From positions 1-48,062 of the forward strand of contig JALAGF010005683.1 in the NCBI GenBank assembly GCA_030167865.1: 48,062 bases of DNA, read 5' to 3'. Position numbers and translations under genes: made by a program. The stretch comes from Craspedostauros australis (lineage: Eukaryota). Below are positions 33,666 to 45,299 of the stretch, one piece after another (the first letter of the stretch is position 1; every line of letters begins with the position of its first letter). The notes under the pieces are model-generated. The model made no database searches and was not told where the DNA came from. It saw only the letters and a program-made list of their open reading frames with translations.

Positions 33666-35605
33666 ATGATGCCATCTCGAGGAGCCAAAGATCAAAGCGC
33701 ACCGACCATGAGTGGGCAATCCAATGGTTTCAAGAAGTCCACGATTGCAGTGGTGGGGCTGATCATGCTGGCGAGCATTTTCTCATCGCTTCAGATGTCC
33801 ATGAATGCGATCCCAGCGCCACAGATCGACGCCTTGGATGTGGCGCACCAGAGTGACAACCCGCACCTTGCACCGCTTCTTTCTCAGGTGGTGGCGCAGG
33901 AATCGAAGCAGCGGACACCGCAGCATATTGGAAACGTCACGGTTGCGAAGACTTCGGAACAAACGCAGCAGGCGAATACTGTCAGCAACAGCGCCGGTGA
34001 CGCCACGACCACAACGGTGTCGAAGGCCACGGGTGCCCAAATCGACACAGCCGCGCACGTCAGGAAAGGCAAGGCATTGACGACCAAAATAATTGCCTTT
34101 TGCGATTACCGGTACAGAGAGTACGGCCTTCGGTGGTATCGCAAGCTGGCAGAGTTGGGATACAACCAGCATGAGCTGATCACCATGGATGAACAAACGT
34201 ACGAGTACTTTCAGCAGGAGGGAGATGTCCGCTGCTCACAAATGCCCTACCCATTCTGCACGGGGAGGAAGATCACGCATGGCGGGCGCACGCAGCGGGA
34301 ATATCGGCGGCAGCTGTTTCCGCGACGCTGGATGTACATTCACGATCTGCTTCAGAATGAGACGGATCATGTGCTGCTGACGGATGTTGACAACCACTTC
34401 ATGTCCTTCTTCGACGTCGAGAAGTTCGCCTCGACAGATCGCGATATGTTCCTGGCGTACGAAACGGCTTATCCACAAGGTACGGATGGACGGATAGAAG
34501 ATTTCCCGTGCTTGCTCTCTGGCCATCGATCTATGTGTTGGGTGTTCACACACGTTTGACGATGCATGCGGCTTTGCAAGTTGATCGGATGAACGGCTTG
34601 AAGTTAAACTTGGGCCAAAGCCGCAACTGAGAGGAATGCGATTACCTGTCGCTGATACGCGTAATGACAAAGATCGATGTCAGCTGCAGAAGCATGTTGT
34701 TGAGGATGAGCAAAGCATTGTTCTCACCTGCTCTTTTTTCCATCTTTCCTTCTCTACTCGTACTCGTGCGCCGTTGTTCTCTGCCGTGCCCAAAACTGTG
34801 CTCGTGCATGTGTCCGTGCGTGGACTCCGCTTGCAACGTGTCTGCTACTCAACTCCTTCCTCGTATCCCCCTTTCATCCACATCAGACGTGTACTTTGGC
34901 AACGGCTTCGTCACGTGCGGAGGAATGTCATGGATGAGAGGCGACTCGGATGGTGTGAAGCGGCTCGTCCAAACCGTGCTGAAGAAGTGCGGGTGCCTTG
35001 GAGACCCATTCCCTTGCAAGACGTGCACGTGCGACGATCAGGTGGTTTGGAATCGCATGATCTGGAAGTCGAAGCAGGCATCGTCGAGGCGTTCGTACAT
35101 GGTGCTGTGGGACGACGAAAGCACCAGAGCAAAGGCAGCTTCTGACGCAGCAACAACGCGAGGGGCTGTCACAAAGACAGTCGTGAGCAATGGTGGGGAC
35201 AAAGCCACGATAACGATACACCCGGCGCTGTCGATACTACCACAAGCCGATGCAGGTTCGAAGGAAGCAGCCATGAAGTATGCAAACAGGGAGAATTTCG
35301 AAGGGTCCAGGCTACCTGCTGTGGACAACGTGACGCAGTACGTTTGGCGAGGTCGGACGGGGGTCGTGACAGTGTACAACGAGACGAACGATGGTGTGCC
35401 GAGCAAAGCAGTTCCGGCTGAAGACGTGATCGCGAAGGTCGCAGTCTGGGACAAGGACTTCGCCTTCCGCGCAGCGATGCCCAAGCATGAACGCGAGTGC
35501 CCCATGCGGAGTGTGAATTGGGTGACCATGCCGGTGCTGACTCGCAAGTGGGCCATGCCTGGCATTTGGCACGATACTTGCAAAACCAACACCTCGACTT
35601 CTTGA
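33666..35605 (+). CDS. Type II membrane nucleotide-diphospho-sugar transferase-like protein, join(33666..34479,34887..35605), ~510 aa
   Basis: N-terminal TM (TIAVVGLIMLASIFSSL), stem region, IIAFCDYRY, RWMYIHDLL and a DxD motif (VLLTDVDN). The GTACG...ATCAG intron joins YPQ-DVYFGNGFVTCGGMSWMR; CDDQVVWN motif follows. Confidence 0.78.
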
Positions 35606-38002
35606 AAAGGGCAACGCTAACCACAGTTTACGTATGTTGTTGTGGTGGGCGGTAAACAAATAGTACTTGGCTACTACGATCAATTATATGAGATAGGAGT
35701 ATGTCGATAAGAGACGAGTCCGGTAGGTTTGACTCCAAAAACTGCATCGCATCCTTGACAGGCTCGGTCTGTACGTGTCGGCCTGGTAGCTTGCGTCGAT
35801 AGGGTAGATACGAATCTATTTTAACGCTGATATCAACGTATCGATATGGACCTAATCAGTCTGTCCGTATGTTCGCTAAATATGAAACTATTTGCCCAAA
35901 CAAAATCGACAAATTCACAACAACCTTCCCTCTCACGCTCCAGCAGCAATCGATGGGAATGAGGTGCGTGCTCTTCCTCAAGACCACTGTCTTTGAAATG
36001 AAGCAGGAACAGTAGCGCTTGCCTGGCATCTATTGGTACGGGTGCAGGCGTGGGGGGTATGTTGCACTATCGTCGAAGCACGAGGACATGCACTAATACT
36101 GCCATTTAAACTCGTGGCGTCGTATGGCATCAGCAATGGCGGTGCTACTGCCGTCCAGCGAAGATGTGGGATTGCTCCGCCAATGGTTAGCATGGAGAAA
36201 CTGATTCAGCAGTCTCCTTTGTGTGTTTCATGTTGCACTCGTTTTGTTCCATCGACAATAACTCTTCACCTGCGTTGGGCTCTCAATTTCAGCTGTGGTG
36301 CAGCCACAGGAATATAAGTCCATTTGGATCCGTCCTGTGGTGTCTTTCATGGACGCAACAGCGCATGGGTTCCGAGAGTGGGTGCCGACGACATTTCATG
36401 TGACTGTAATACAATTGCCGGCCGCCCTTTCGCTCTCGTGAAGCATGCGGGTGGCAGACTTCGGCCTGCGAGAGCCCATGAATACGGCTGGTGCAGCATA
36501 ACTTTTATCAAGAAGGCGCTGATGCGGAGAAGCAACTGCTCCAAACGAGTAAGTATCGTGCCATGCGAGTCCGAGCATCGTGATGGTTGCGCGCCAAAAC
36601 ATGCGGGTCTCGCTGTGGTCAGGACAAATTTGTTGGTATGAACAGAGACGTTGTCGTTCGTCACCGTCACACAATCGGGCAGAATAGAACAGACCAAGCG
36701 GAATTGTCCACCGAATGCCATTTGTGGATGGGAGTCGCTTGGGTGATTTGATGATGGCGAAGTCTGGGATCCATCAAACAAGCCCCGTTCATGCCAGAAG
36801 TGAAGCGGCAAGGCTGGTTGTTGTGGTGTATTGCGGCCATTCAGTGTTACAATTAGCACTGGAGGATGCACAGGCGACAAAGGCATCAGCGACAAAAGGA
36901 AAGGCGAAGTGTGAGGCATGTGAAACGAGGTGCTGGTTTTGTCATACGAGTAGAACGCTTGCATCAACTCAACCTAAACTCACGAATACGGCCAATAGTA
37001 GGAGGCAAAGAAGTCCTGCGATCTACGACCTGAGCTGAGGCAGTACACGCGAGATATGTTCCCAGGAAGGGATCGTCTCCAGTCGTTGCGCGCTGGTTCT
37101 ATCCAGGCGCTTCTCGTCGAGAGTACTCCAAACACGCAGGGTGCGCCATCAACTGGTATTGCACAAATGCTGTCCAGTCGTTGCACCTACCCGTACTATG
37201 GGGACGACTATCTCACAACCATTGCTTTGTTCATGTAACCTGCCTGGTGATGTTTGGTTTCTGACCTGCATCCTCTTTCGTTTTCTTGTTCCTGTTTCTT
37301 TGCTGTCTGGAGGTTAGTTGTCGAGTTCCGTGAAGAGGAAGACCACAGAACGCCGAATCGCTTTGCCATTGCTTTCATTCTCTTCGTTTAGTTCCGCGAC
37401 CCTCAGCCATGTGATAGCACAATTCGGAGATACCGCTGGGGCGGTTCCAGCCGCGATGAGCAGACAAACTCGCAAACATACATTCTGATCTTGTGGACGT
37501 CGATGATAGTCGTAAGCAACAAAGCGCTCGAGGTTGGCTGCGCCATCTCCACAGCAAAAAGCAAAACGATGGATTCCTGCACAGGATTTCCAAGATGGAT
37601 GTCCAGGGAGTTCTGCCGACGGAAATTAATTACTCTGTGGAGCTCGAGTGGTGCGCTCCAGTTGATCTCTTGATTTGTCCACCAGTCACAAACTGGTTTG
37701 TGGACACTCATCATCGTCCCTTCGGAAAAATGCGGCTGGTTTGTCCAAACCACGTCATGAGTGTTTGTCCCAACTCCGCTGTTCGTTGTCGCCATCGTGT
37801 GGTGGAGTAGTGCGTGATGATTCGTTGGGCCCGGATTGATTTGTCGGTCTCCTTTGTCGCCGCCCATCACCCCCTGCATCCAAGTACACTGGTAACATCA
37901 GACACCTCGAGCACAGGTTGTCTTTCCATCACCTTCGCCCATCACCGACATACTCATAATTTCAGATTTCCGAAACAAACAGCAAGTCATCACAAACACA
38001 GT

Positions 38003-38085
38003 AACACAAACAACACAGGCAACACAAACAACACAGGCAACACAAGTGACACAAGCAACACATCAAAACAAGCAACACAGACAAC
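38003..38085 (+). repeat. A/C-rich 9-mer tandem repeat (AACACAAAC/AACACAGGC) directly upstream of the U-box start codon
   Basis: aacacaaac aacacaggc aacacaaac aacacaggc aacacaagt gacacaagc aacacatca. Confidence 0.8.
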
Positions 38086-38901
38086 ATGGCTCAACAAAAT
38101 CCAACGTCCCGGGCGTGCGCCGATGACATCACCGCCGACAATGCATCGGCAGCTGCACCAGAAACCTTGGGCTCACCCTCCATTCCCCATGAATTCATCT
38201 GTCCCATCACACAGCAGATCATGAACGTGCCTGTGATGAGCAAGCAAGGCCACACCTTCGAGCGATCTGCCATCATGTCCTGGATCACCACCCAATCCGG
38301 AACCTGTCCCATCACAAGGGCGCCGCTGTACCCATCAAGCTTGGCATCCAATATGGCGCTGAAGCAGCGCATCCAGCGATGGCGTGTAGATCAGGCGGCC
38401 GCCGGCAACTCCATCGACGACGGGAGCTTCCACGGATATTCTCAGCAAGCTTCTGACTCGCAGTGCTCCAGCCTGCCGGTCTCCCCATCTGCAATTCCGC
38501 AGGAATACATCTGCTCGCTGACAATGCGCGTCATGACAGATCCAATCATGGTGCGCAACGGCATCAGCTTCGAGCGTGAGGCTGTCACGGATGCATTGAG
38601 TATGGGGGATACGGAGTACCTCTACCTCTGCTCGGTCGCGGGTCAGCAGGAACTTCTGCCTTCCTCCTTCGTGCCCAACCGCAAGCTCAAGTACGAGATC
38701 GATATCTGGAGACGACAGAAGCAGCAGCCGGAGGGTTGCGATGGGCGCATGCCACGAAGAGCACCCGTGCCATCTTCGCTAGTTGCCATGGCCGCAGCTG
38801 GTCTGCTCCAGGTCGGTAGCACTTCGCGCGCGGAGCCGGAAGAGCCGAGCGAGACGCTGGACCAGCTTCTTGAACGATGCACAGAGATTCTGGAAGACTA
38901 A
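38086..38901 (+). CDS. Protein with two U-box domains (putative E3/E4 ubiquitin ligase)
   Basis: U-box 1: IPHEFICPITQQIMNVPV...GHTFERSAIMSW...TCPITRAPL...NMALKQRIQRW. U-box 2: IPQEYICSLTMRVMTDPI...GISFEREAV...VPNRKLKYEIDIW. Confidence 0.9.
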   Translation: MAQQNPTSRACADDITADNASAAAPETLGSPSIPHEFICPITQQIMNVPVMSKQGHTFERSAIMSWITTQSGTCPITRAPLYPSSLASNMALKQRIQRWRVDQAAAGNSIDDGSFHGYSQQASDSQCSSLPVSPSAIPQEYICSLTMRVMTDPIMVRNGISFEREAVTDALSMGDTEYLYLCSVAGQQELLPSSFVPNRKLKYEIDIWRRQKQQPEGCDGRMPRRAPVPSSLVAMAAAGLLQVGSTSRAEPEEPSETLDQLLERCTEILED

Positions 38902-39559
38902 TATGAACACGCGCAGAATCCGATCATGCGATACGATGCATCCGGCAAACATAAAATAGCATTTTAGAACAATGGAATGAACGCAGCTACGAGTTCTAGA
39001 GTACGAGCCAAGATACGACCTATGAGACATGTCAAGTTCAAATCCATTGCCTGCAGCAACAGAACCGGGATTCTTGAGGGGCTCTGGCGCGTTTCGTTGG
39101 ATCGTGATGCCGCCATCAGGAACACGATGAGACAAAGAGAACCGAGTCGCGGATTCATTCGCATCTTGAAACAGTTGGTCGAGTGAGTCATTTTGATCGT
39201 GAAGTCATGTCAGACTTGTTCTGTGTTGTTTTTTCACGTTGCCCAGTGAAGTCTCATTTGTTTCCACGATCACGGCGATTGTGGCGACCATTGACTACAG
39301 CAACATGAGATGCTCTTCAGCATCTGTCAATCCCCCTCTTGCACAACTTGTACGAGGTACTCTTGGGAGTATCCATACATGGGGGTTGGTAGCGGCGACC
39401 AAAGGGAAGGAGAAGATGCCGACTGAGTTCCAGATACGGTCGTCAATGGGGAGAGAGAGACAGAGCGATGTAGAGATGTGCACGCTTTGTGGCAGGCGAT
39501 GCGCTTCAAAGGATGACCAGAGGATCCATGCCCACATTCGGTGGAGTCATCATGTCGGC

Positions 39560-41085
39560 ACTTCCATCATTGAACCGATACGATCAACGCATGATTCGCC
39601 CGGATGCATTTCAAGGTGGCGCGAACTTCCACGCGGACAGCAACAATGAGAGTGGAACGATCGTTGATGACAGCACAGCTCTTGATGACAGCCCAATGCA
39701 CGCGGTAACCGTTCCCATCGCGACCCAATTGGCAACGACCGAGAAGAAATCGTCGAGCGCATCCGAGACGAACTGCAGCAGCATTTTGACGAGCAGATGC
39801 AAACAGAAATCCAAGGACTGAAGGAGCAACAGGTCTCCACTTCTCTGCTAACCGCTGCCGTGGCAGAAGCACCGAGCGGTGCGCCTGAGACAAGTCTGTT
39901 CTCGACGACCAAAGCAGCCACGCCAATCACGACAGAGCCAGGGAAGGATCAGCGACGCAACGGTCCAGGCGGCTGCTGTACTTGCAGCGTTGCTGCCGTA
40001 TGCCTCGCAGCCATCACCGTTGTGGCTGTGGTTGTGGTTGCGGCGCCCGCACCAGCTGGTGCACAAGATGGTCCTGCCTCGCTTCCAAAAGCACCACTGT
40101 GGACATTGGCACCATCTACATTATCACCGCCATCAATATAGCCGGCAATGAATCGGTACGTGGATCAGATGTTGCCCATATTGAACCACGCCTCCACCTT
40201 CACCGAGCGCGAAGTCTTTTGAAGATCCGGGCACTCCAGCATAGAAAGCAATGGAGTGGATCTCCGGTTCGTACGGTCTCGATCGGGTTCAGTGCAATTT
40301 CGCCGGTGGGATGGCAACATCCAATACCGCAGAGGTGCTGAGCGTGGCTGACGTACTGGATGCGAGTGATCTCAGTCTTCAGCATCTCATCGAGGGGTGT
40401 GCAACAGCCGTATTTTGCTTCGCCGTCGGCGGACCAAACCGGCCATCGAATCGGCTCAACTTCTTGTCGATCGATTTGTCGATTTGCGGTTGCAACCGTG
40501 CCGCTGACGACATTGGAATCTTTTGCGAGAGGAATGATGAAACCAGGACCCGGCTCCACTTCGTCGCTCACGGTCTGGTGGGAACAGCTGCTGCTCTTGT
40601 ACAGCACGAATATCGTTGGTTCGATACCATCCGCAATTGGGCAGGCGACAACACTGGGATGATTCTTGGTGTTCGATTTCAGGTGGGCGTGACAGTACCC
40701 AGCCAACTTGGTCTGCTCACGACAATGACGAAGCTGCAGCTGGCCAAAATCGTGGGTCGAAGGCAAAGTACCAAGCCAGCTGTCAAACTTGAAAGACCTT
40801 CAAATCCCACGGCTTGAAGGCTCCGGCTTGGTTGGCGATCTAGATCCCATCTTCTGCCTCAACGATCAGACCAAAATGGAGGCCGACTGCGGCGATGACG
40901 GGAAAAGTCGTTCAGCCGTGGCATGCTCTTGCTGTGCGAAGTGCTGCGTTGATGGGAAGGTTGCCGCACGTTTTGGAAATCGAGACCTGGCCCGTGCAGT
41001 CATGGAAGATGCGTGTGATGCGTCGGCCCCAAGTTCGCAGCATCGTGCGGCAAGTGCTTGGAGACGGGCGACTTGGATAACGTGA
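39560..41085 (+). pseudogene. Frameshifted/decayed paralog of the adjacent type II membrane LRR gene
   Basis: Collinear fragments in shifting frames: RPDAFQGG (vs RPGAFQSG), a TM-like segment VAAVCLAAITVVAVVVV, TEREVF with an extra T and a TAG, AMEWISGSYGLDRVQ...SLQHLIE...LNFLSIDLSIC...IGIFCE, and LEGSGLVGDLDPIFCL...ADCG...VACSCCAKCCVDG. Most LRRs are deleted. Confidence 0.85.
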
Positions 41086-41849
41086 TGGGCGTGCGGGTCG
41101 AGGACTGATTTCAGCGATGCGATGAGCATCTAAACCGAAGTACAACAATTAGAGGAAAGTGTTATGTAAAGCACACGTACAGTACATACTCTACTGCACT
41201 TGCATGTGTCCAATATTATGTTCTAATAATAAAGTAGCTTAAACTCCAGGTGGCTACTGCATAGCTCCTCGCCTGGGGCGCAGCCGGCCATCTCCAACAC
41301 CTTGGCTCAGGCACAACCAACGACGCGCAATCTCTGATTCGGAAGGAGAATCAATCGGAGAAGCTCTTGGGAAGAAAAACAACGATTGGACTCTCCACGT
41401 GGAAGGAGACTATTCGCTGAGCACGTTGACCACAAGGCAATCGTGGCTAATTCGGGCGTTCATGCAGGCACCAGAGAGTACTGTGGACTGGAAGAGCGTT
41501 TCACGCCAACGCAACGGAGAAGGCTTTGTGCCTCACTAGTACCTCGCTGCGCTGTGTCTTGTGCGAAATGCCATGGGTGTGCAAGTGGGGACATCATCGA
41601 AACGAAGCAACAGCTGGACGATGAGAACAACCACATCCACATCCACATCCTCGGCGATGAAGCTGCAACAGAAGGCGAGAGGGCACAAGGCAAGGCATCA
41701 ACTTTCAATCAGTCGTCCATTTGAACGAAAAGGAGAGCCAACCGGTTGCCGCTTTCATTCATTGTACTCCGCAAGCATCTGTAAGCATCTCCAAGCATCT
41801 GCAAACACTTCATCACGAATCGGCGTTGTCTCTCCAGCACTTCTCGATC

Positions 41850-44324
41850 ATGGGCAGAAAGCGGTCGCCGGTGGCCTCAACCGATGCTGATGCGGACGAG
41901 TTGCCTCCGGTGCGTCCACTTGCGCGCCATCACCATCGACCATCCGCGGGCACAGACGCGATGCCATTGCGAAGCATCAATCGGGATGGGCCAGCCGCAT
42001 CAGCGCCTGACGTACCACAGCAAGCGCCTCCCAATTTGGGGCAATCTGGACAGCCCACGCTCAATCTTGATCCAGCTCGGGCACCATCAGCTCATCAGAC
42101 AGCTCATCAAACAGCCCTCAATGGCTCCGACCGCGAGAAATCGATGCAAAAGAGTACGAGGAGCCAGCAGTCCGAAGAAAGCGCCGGACGAGCGAAGCAA
42201 ATGGAGAAAGTTTTGCAGCGCACAGATTATATGGACGTCGAAAGCGATTGCTCTCTCGGGGATCAATCAGCGTCGTCGGCGGCGGACATGCGCAAACTCA
42301 AGAAAGAACAAAAGAGCAGCCCACAGTCAGCGCAATCAACGCAATCAGCGACACTCCAAACTAAAAAATCGCCCAGACCGAAGCGCTCATCTCGCAACAA
42401 CGGTTCTGTCGGCCAAAGGGCGGAATCGCCCACGACACCTGATCCTGTGCCATTGGGAAGGAACGGTGTGAATGCAACCTCCACGCTCAGCATCGCATCC
42501 ACGACCGACCAGTCGACCGTAGCGCCACCACCGGCATTGGATCGCCAAGGCGCGCGTCTCCTGCGTCCCGGCGCCTTCCAAAGTGGCCGAGATCTGTACA
42601 ACAACAACAACAACCGGCACGTGAGCATCGTTTACGACAGCATGACGATCGCCACGACTCCGAAACCAGCCGCGGCCGTCATGGCTAGGATGGTCAAGGG
42701 CGACGAAGACATGGAAGATCGCGTCAAGGATCGGCTGCAGCAACACTTTGAAGAGCGCATGGAACGAGAAGTGCGGGAACGTATGGAGCAACAGCGCATT
42801 GCCCACACTGCGGTCGTCACGCCCGCTGCTGTGGCCGTCACATCGAAGCTGAATCCGGAGCCGACGGTCACCGCGCCGGAGGCGGCAGAGCCACGGTGGT
42901 CCAAGCGAATGCTGTACTATGGCGTTGCTGTCACGTGCCTTGTCATCATCGTCGCGGTCGTCGTGGTGCTGGTGCTCACAGTCTCTCCAGATAAGTCGTC
43001 CAAAGAGGATGCCTCCGCATCGCAAGCAACCCCAACAGAGGTGCCGGCCGCGTCCGTGTCGCCGTCATCGTTGCCCACTGAATCGCCATCATCATCTCCA
43101 ACATCGATCATGGATCTCTATGTCGACCTGCTCCTGCCCATCTTGAACCGCGCGCCGGTCTTCACTGAGCGCGAGGTATTTGAGGATGCGACCACCGCGC
43201 AATACAAGGCCATGGAGTGGCTCTCCGACACGTATGACCTCGATCAAGTCCAGTACAACCCCACAGCTGGACTAACAACAGTCGAGAGCGCAGAGGAGCT
43301 GAGCGTCAACGATATCCTCAACGCGAATGACATCAGCCTTCGACACCTGATCGAACGGTACGCGGCGGCGGTGCTCTACTTTGCCACCAGCGGGCTCAAC
43401 TGGCCAAATGATCAGCTCAAGTTCTTGTCAACGAACCTGTCTATTTGCGACTGGAATAACGCAGAAGATAGAATCGGGATCTTTTGCGACGAGAGTGATG
43501 GGACCGTCACCGAGCTGCGGTTTACGGATTACTTTCTCGGTGGGACGTTGCCGCAGGAATTCTACTGCTTTTACAAAGTCCGGATCGTCTGGCTGGAACT
43601 AAATTATTGGCTGTATGGGACAATATCCACCTACATTGGCGCATTGTCAGAATTGGAGCAGTTTGACGTCGGAATCACCGAATTTTACGGATCTATACCA
43701 TCTGAAATCGGGAGCCTCCAGAAGCTGCAACTTTTCTACGCATACAGCAATTCTATCAGTGGTTTGATTCCAACAGAGATCGGGAGTCCGGCACTGCTAC
43801 AGAATATTGCGCTACATGACAGCGAGATTCGCGGAACGCTGCCAAGGGAAATCGGCGATCTCTCTCTTCTGGAGGTGCTCGCGGTAGGAGATACATACCT
43901 CCACGGCCCCGTACCCACCGAGTTATCCAACCTGAAGCTGCTTCGTCACATCCAATTGGAGGGAACCGACTTGGTCGGGAATCTCGACCCCATTTTCTGT
44001 CTGCGTGATCAAGGTCCTGTCGATGTCTTCTATGCCGACTGCGGTGAACAAGGAGAGTTCGAATCTCCTGTGGCGTGCTCCTGCTGCACTCTTTGCTGCG
44101 TCGAGGGACAAGATTGCTGGTCGCCTCGGCAATTCGGGCCTGACCCATGCTACTTTGGAGAGTGCGTGTGGTGCGGCGATTCGAGGTTCGCAGAATCGTG
44201 CAACAGGTGCTTGGAGACTGGCGACGCCGGAAGTGTGACGACGGCTGAGGAGCTCTGCCAGGCGTCCTGCGAATGGGATTTTGACACAGCGACGTGTCGT
44301 CCGCGGGAAGATTTTGAATCATAG
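41850..44324 (+). CDS. Type II membrane leucine-rich-repeat receptor-like protein with Cys-rich C-terminus (~824 aa)
   Basis: Disordered N-terminus with RPGAF motif, TM at ~42915-42983, S/T/P stalk, QYKAMEWL and ERYAAAVLYFAT cap, plant-type LRRs (GSIPSEIGSLQKL, GLIPTEIG, GTLPREIGDLSLL, GPVPTELSNLKLL), ADC...VACSCCTLCC, and an extra Cys-rich tail. Confidence 0.92.
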   Translation: MGRKRSPVASTDADADELPPVRPLARHHHRPSAGTDAMPLRSINRDGPAASAPDVPQQAPPNLGQSGQPTLNLDPARAPSAHQTAHQTALNGSDREKSMQKSTRSQQSEESAGRAKQMEKVLQRTDYMDVESDCSLGDQSASSAADMRKLKKEQKSSPQSAQSTQSATLQTKKSPRPKRSSRNNGSVGQRAESPTTPDPVPLGRNGVNATSTLSIASTTDQSTVAPPPALDRQGARLLRPGAFQSGRDLYNNNNNRHVSIVYDSMTIATTPKPAAAVMARMVKGDEDMEDRVKDRLQQHFEERMEREVRERMEQQRIAHTAVVTPAAVAVTSKLNPEPTVTAPEAAEPRWSKRMLYYGVAVTCLVIIVAVVVVLVLTVSPDKSSKEDASASQATPTEVPAASVSPSSLPTESPSSSPTSIMDLYVDLLLPILNRAPVFTEREVFEDATTAQYKAMEWLSDTYDLDQVQYNPTAGLTTVESAEELSVNDILNANDISLRHLIERYAAAVLYFATSGLNWPNDQLKFLSTNLSICDWNNAEDRIGIFCDESDGTVTELRFTDYFLGGTLPQEFYCFYKVRIVWLELNYWLYGTISTYIGALSELEQFDVGITEFYGSIPSEIGSLQKLQLFYAYSNSISGLIPTEIGSPALLQNIALHDSEIRGTLPREIGDLSLLEVLAVGDTYLHGPVPTELSNLKLLRHIQLEGTDLVGNLDPIFCLRDQGPVDVFYADCGEQGEFESPVACSCCTLCCVEGQDCWSPRQFGPDPCYFGECVWCGDSRFAESCNRCLETGDAGSVTTAEELCQASCEWDFDTATCRPREDFES

Positions 44325-45299
44325 GTGGCTCAATTTTATGAGTAAAATCAGATGAATTCACAACATCCTGCTCGTCGTACACGCAATGCTATGGACCAGT
44401 TGCCGTCATTCAGATGGTCTGCGCAGGTACTCATCCCTGAGGCGTTCCACCAGAGACACTCCGCTTCACCAGGCAGATGCAGATGCATCGATCATCTTTG
44501 GTTGTCAACTTCGCCGTCACCACCTCCACCATGACTACGGCACTCGCCACACACACACGAGGGCATTGCAAAGCAACAGTGTTCCCACACGAAACTGCAT
44601 GTCATGTCAAGATGCGCCTGTCAGTCCTTGTCCACCACGCCGCACCGTCCTTGGGAGATCAAGATTCTTGCATCCTCTTCCCCGTCTCCGGAAAGGATTG
44701 GAGCGATACACGCCAGTTCGACAGCGAAAGGCCGGAGAGAGAAAGCAGAGCACATGAGAGGGTGCGGAATGACACGAGAAGCTCGTATGAGCTGCGACTC
44801 TCCATCACGATTCTGATTTGAAGATCTCGTATCATGTACGACTACCATATCGATGCCAAAGATGCCTGTGCACGCAAGTCTCCTTGATTGGTTGAGTCGA
44901 ATAATGGCGAACAGCGTCCCCACATTTTGTCAATCCGTTCTCAGTGGAGGGTGCAGGCACCGCGATGGCGATGATTTGCGCGTTCTCGATCCACGTCCTG
45001 CACGAATACAACGGGTGAGATGTGCGCATCGGCCCACGATTGATTGTAGCACCAGGAGACTACCCATCGGCACACCACACTCGCAGCACAAGGCATCACA
45101 ACATCACCCAAGACAAGAGGGAGGAAGGAAGTCTTATTCAAGCCAAGATCGCTATTGCTCCGCTTCCTCCCAAACTCACTGACCCTGGCTCTTTGCCAGT
45201 TTCGTTCTAAAATCAATGGCACCATGGCTGAAAAGCAACCGCCGAAAGTACCGTCGCCTTCAGAGCCAGCAAAGCAACCGGATCACGATGGCAAAAGCA

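Noticed and set aside
36396..36674. 'SFGAVASP' resembling an RT 'PFG' motif
   Set aside because: No YxDD or other reverse-transcriptase motifs nearby.
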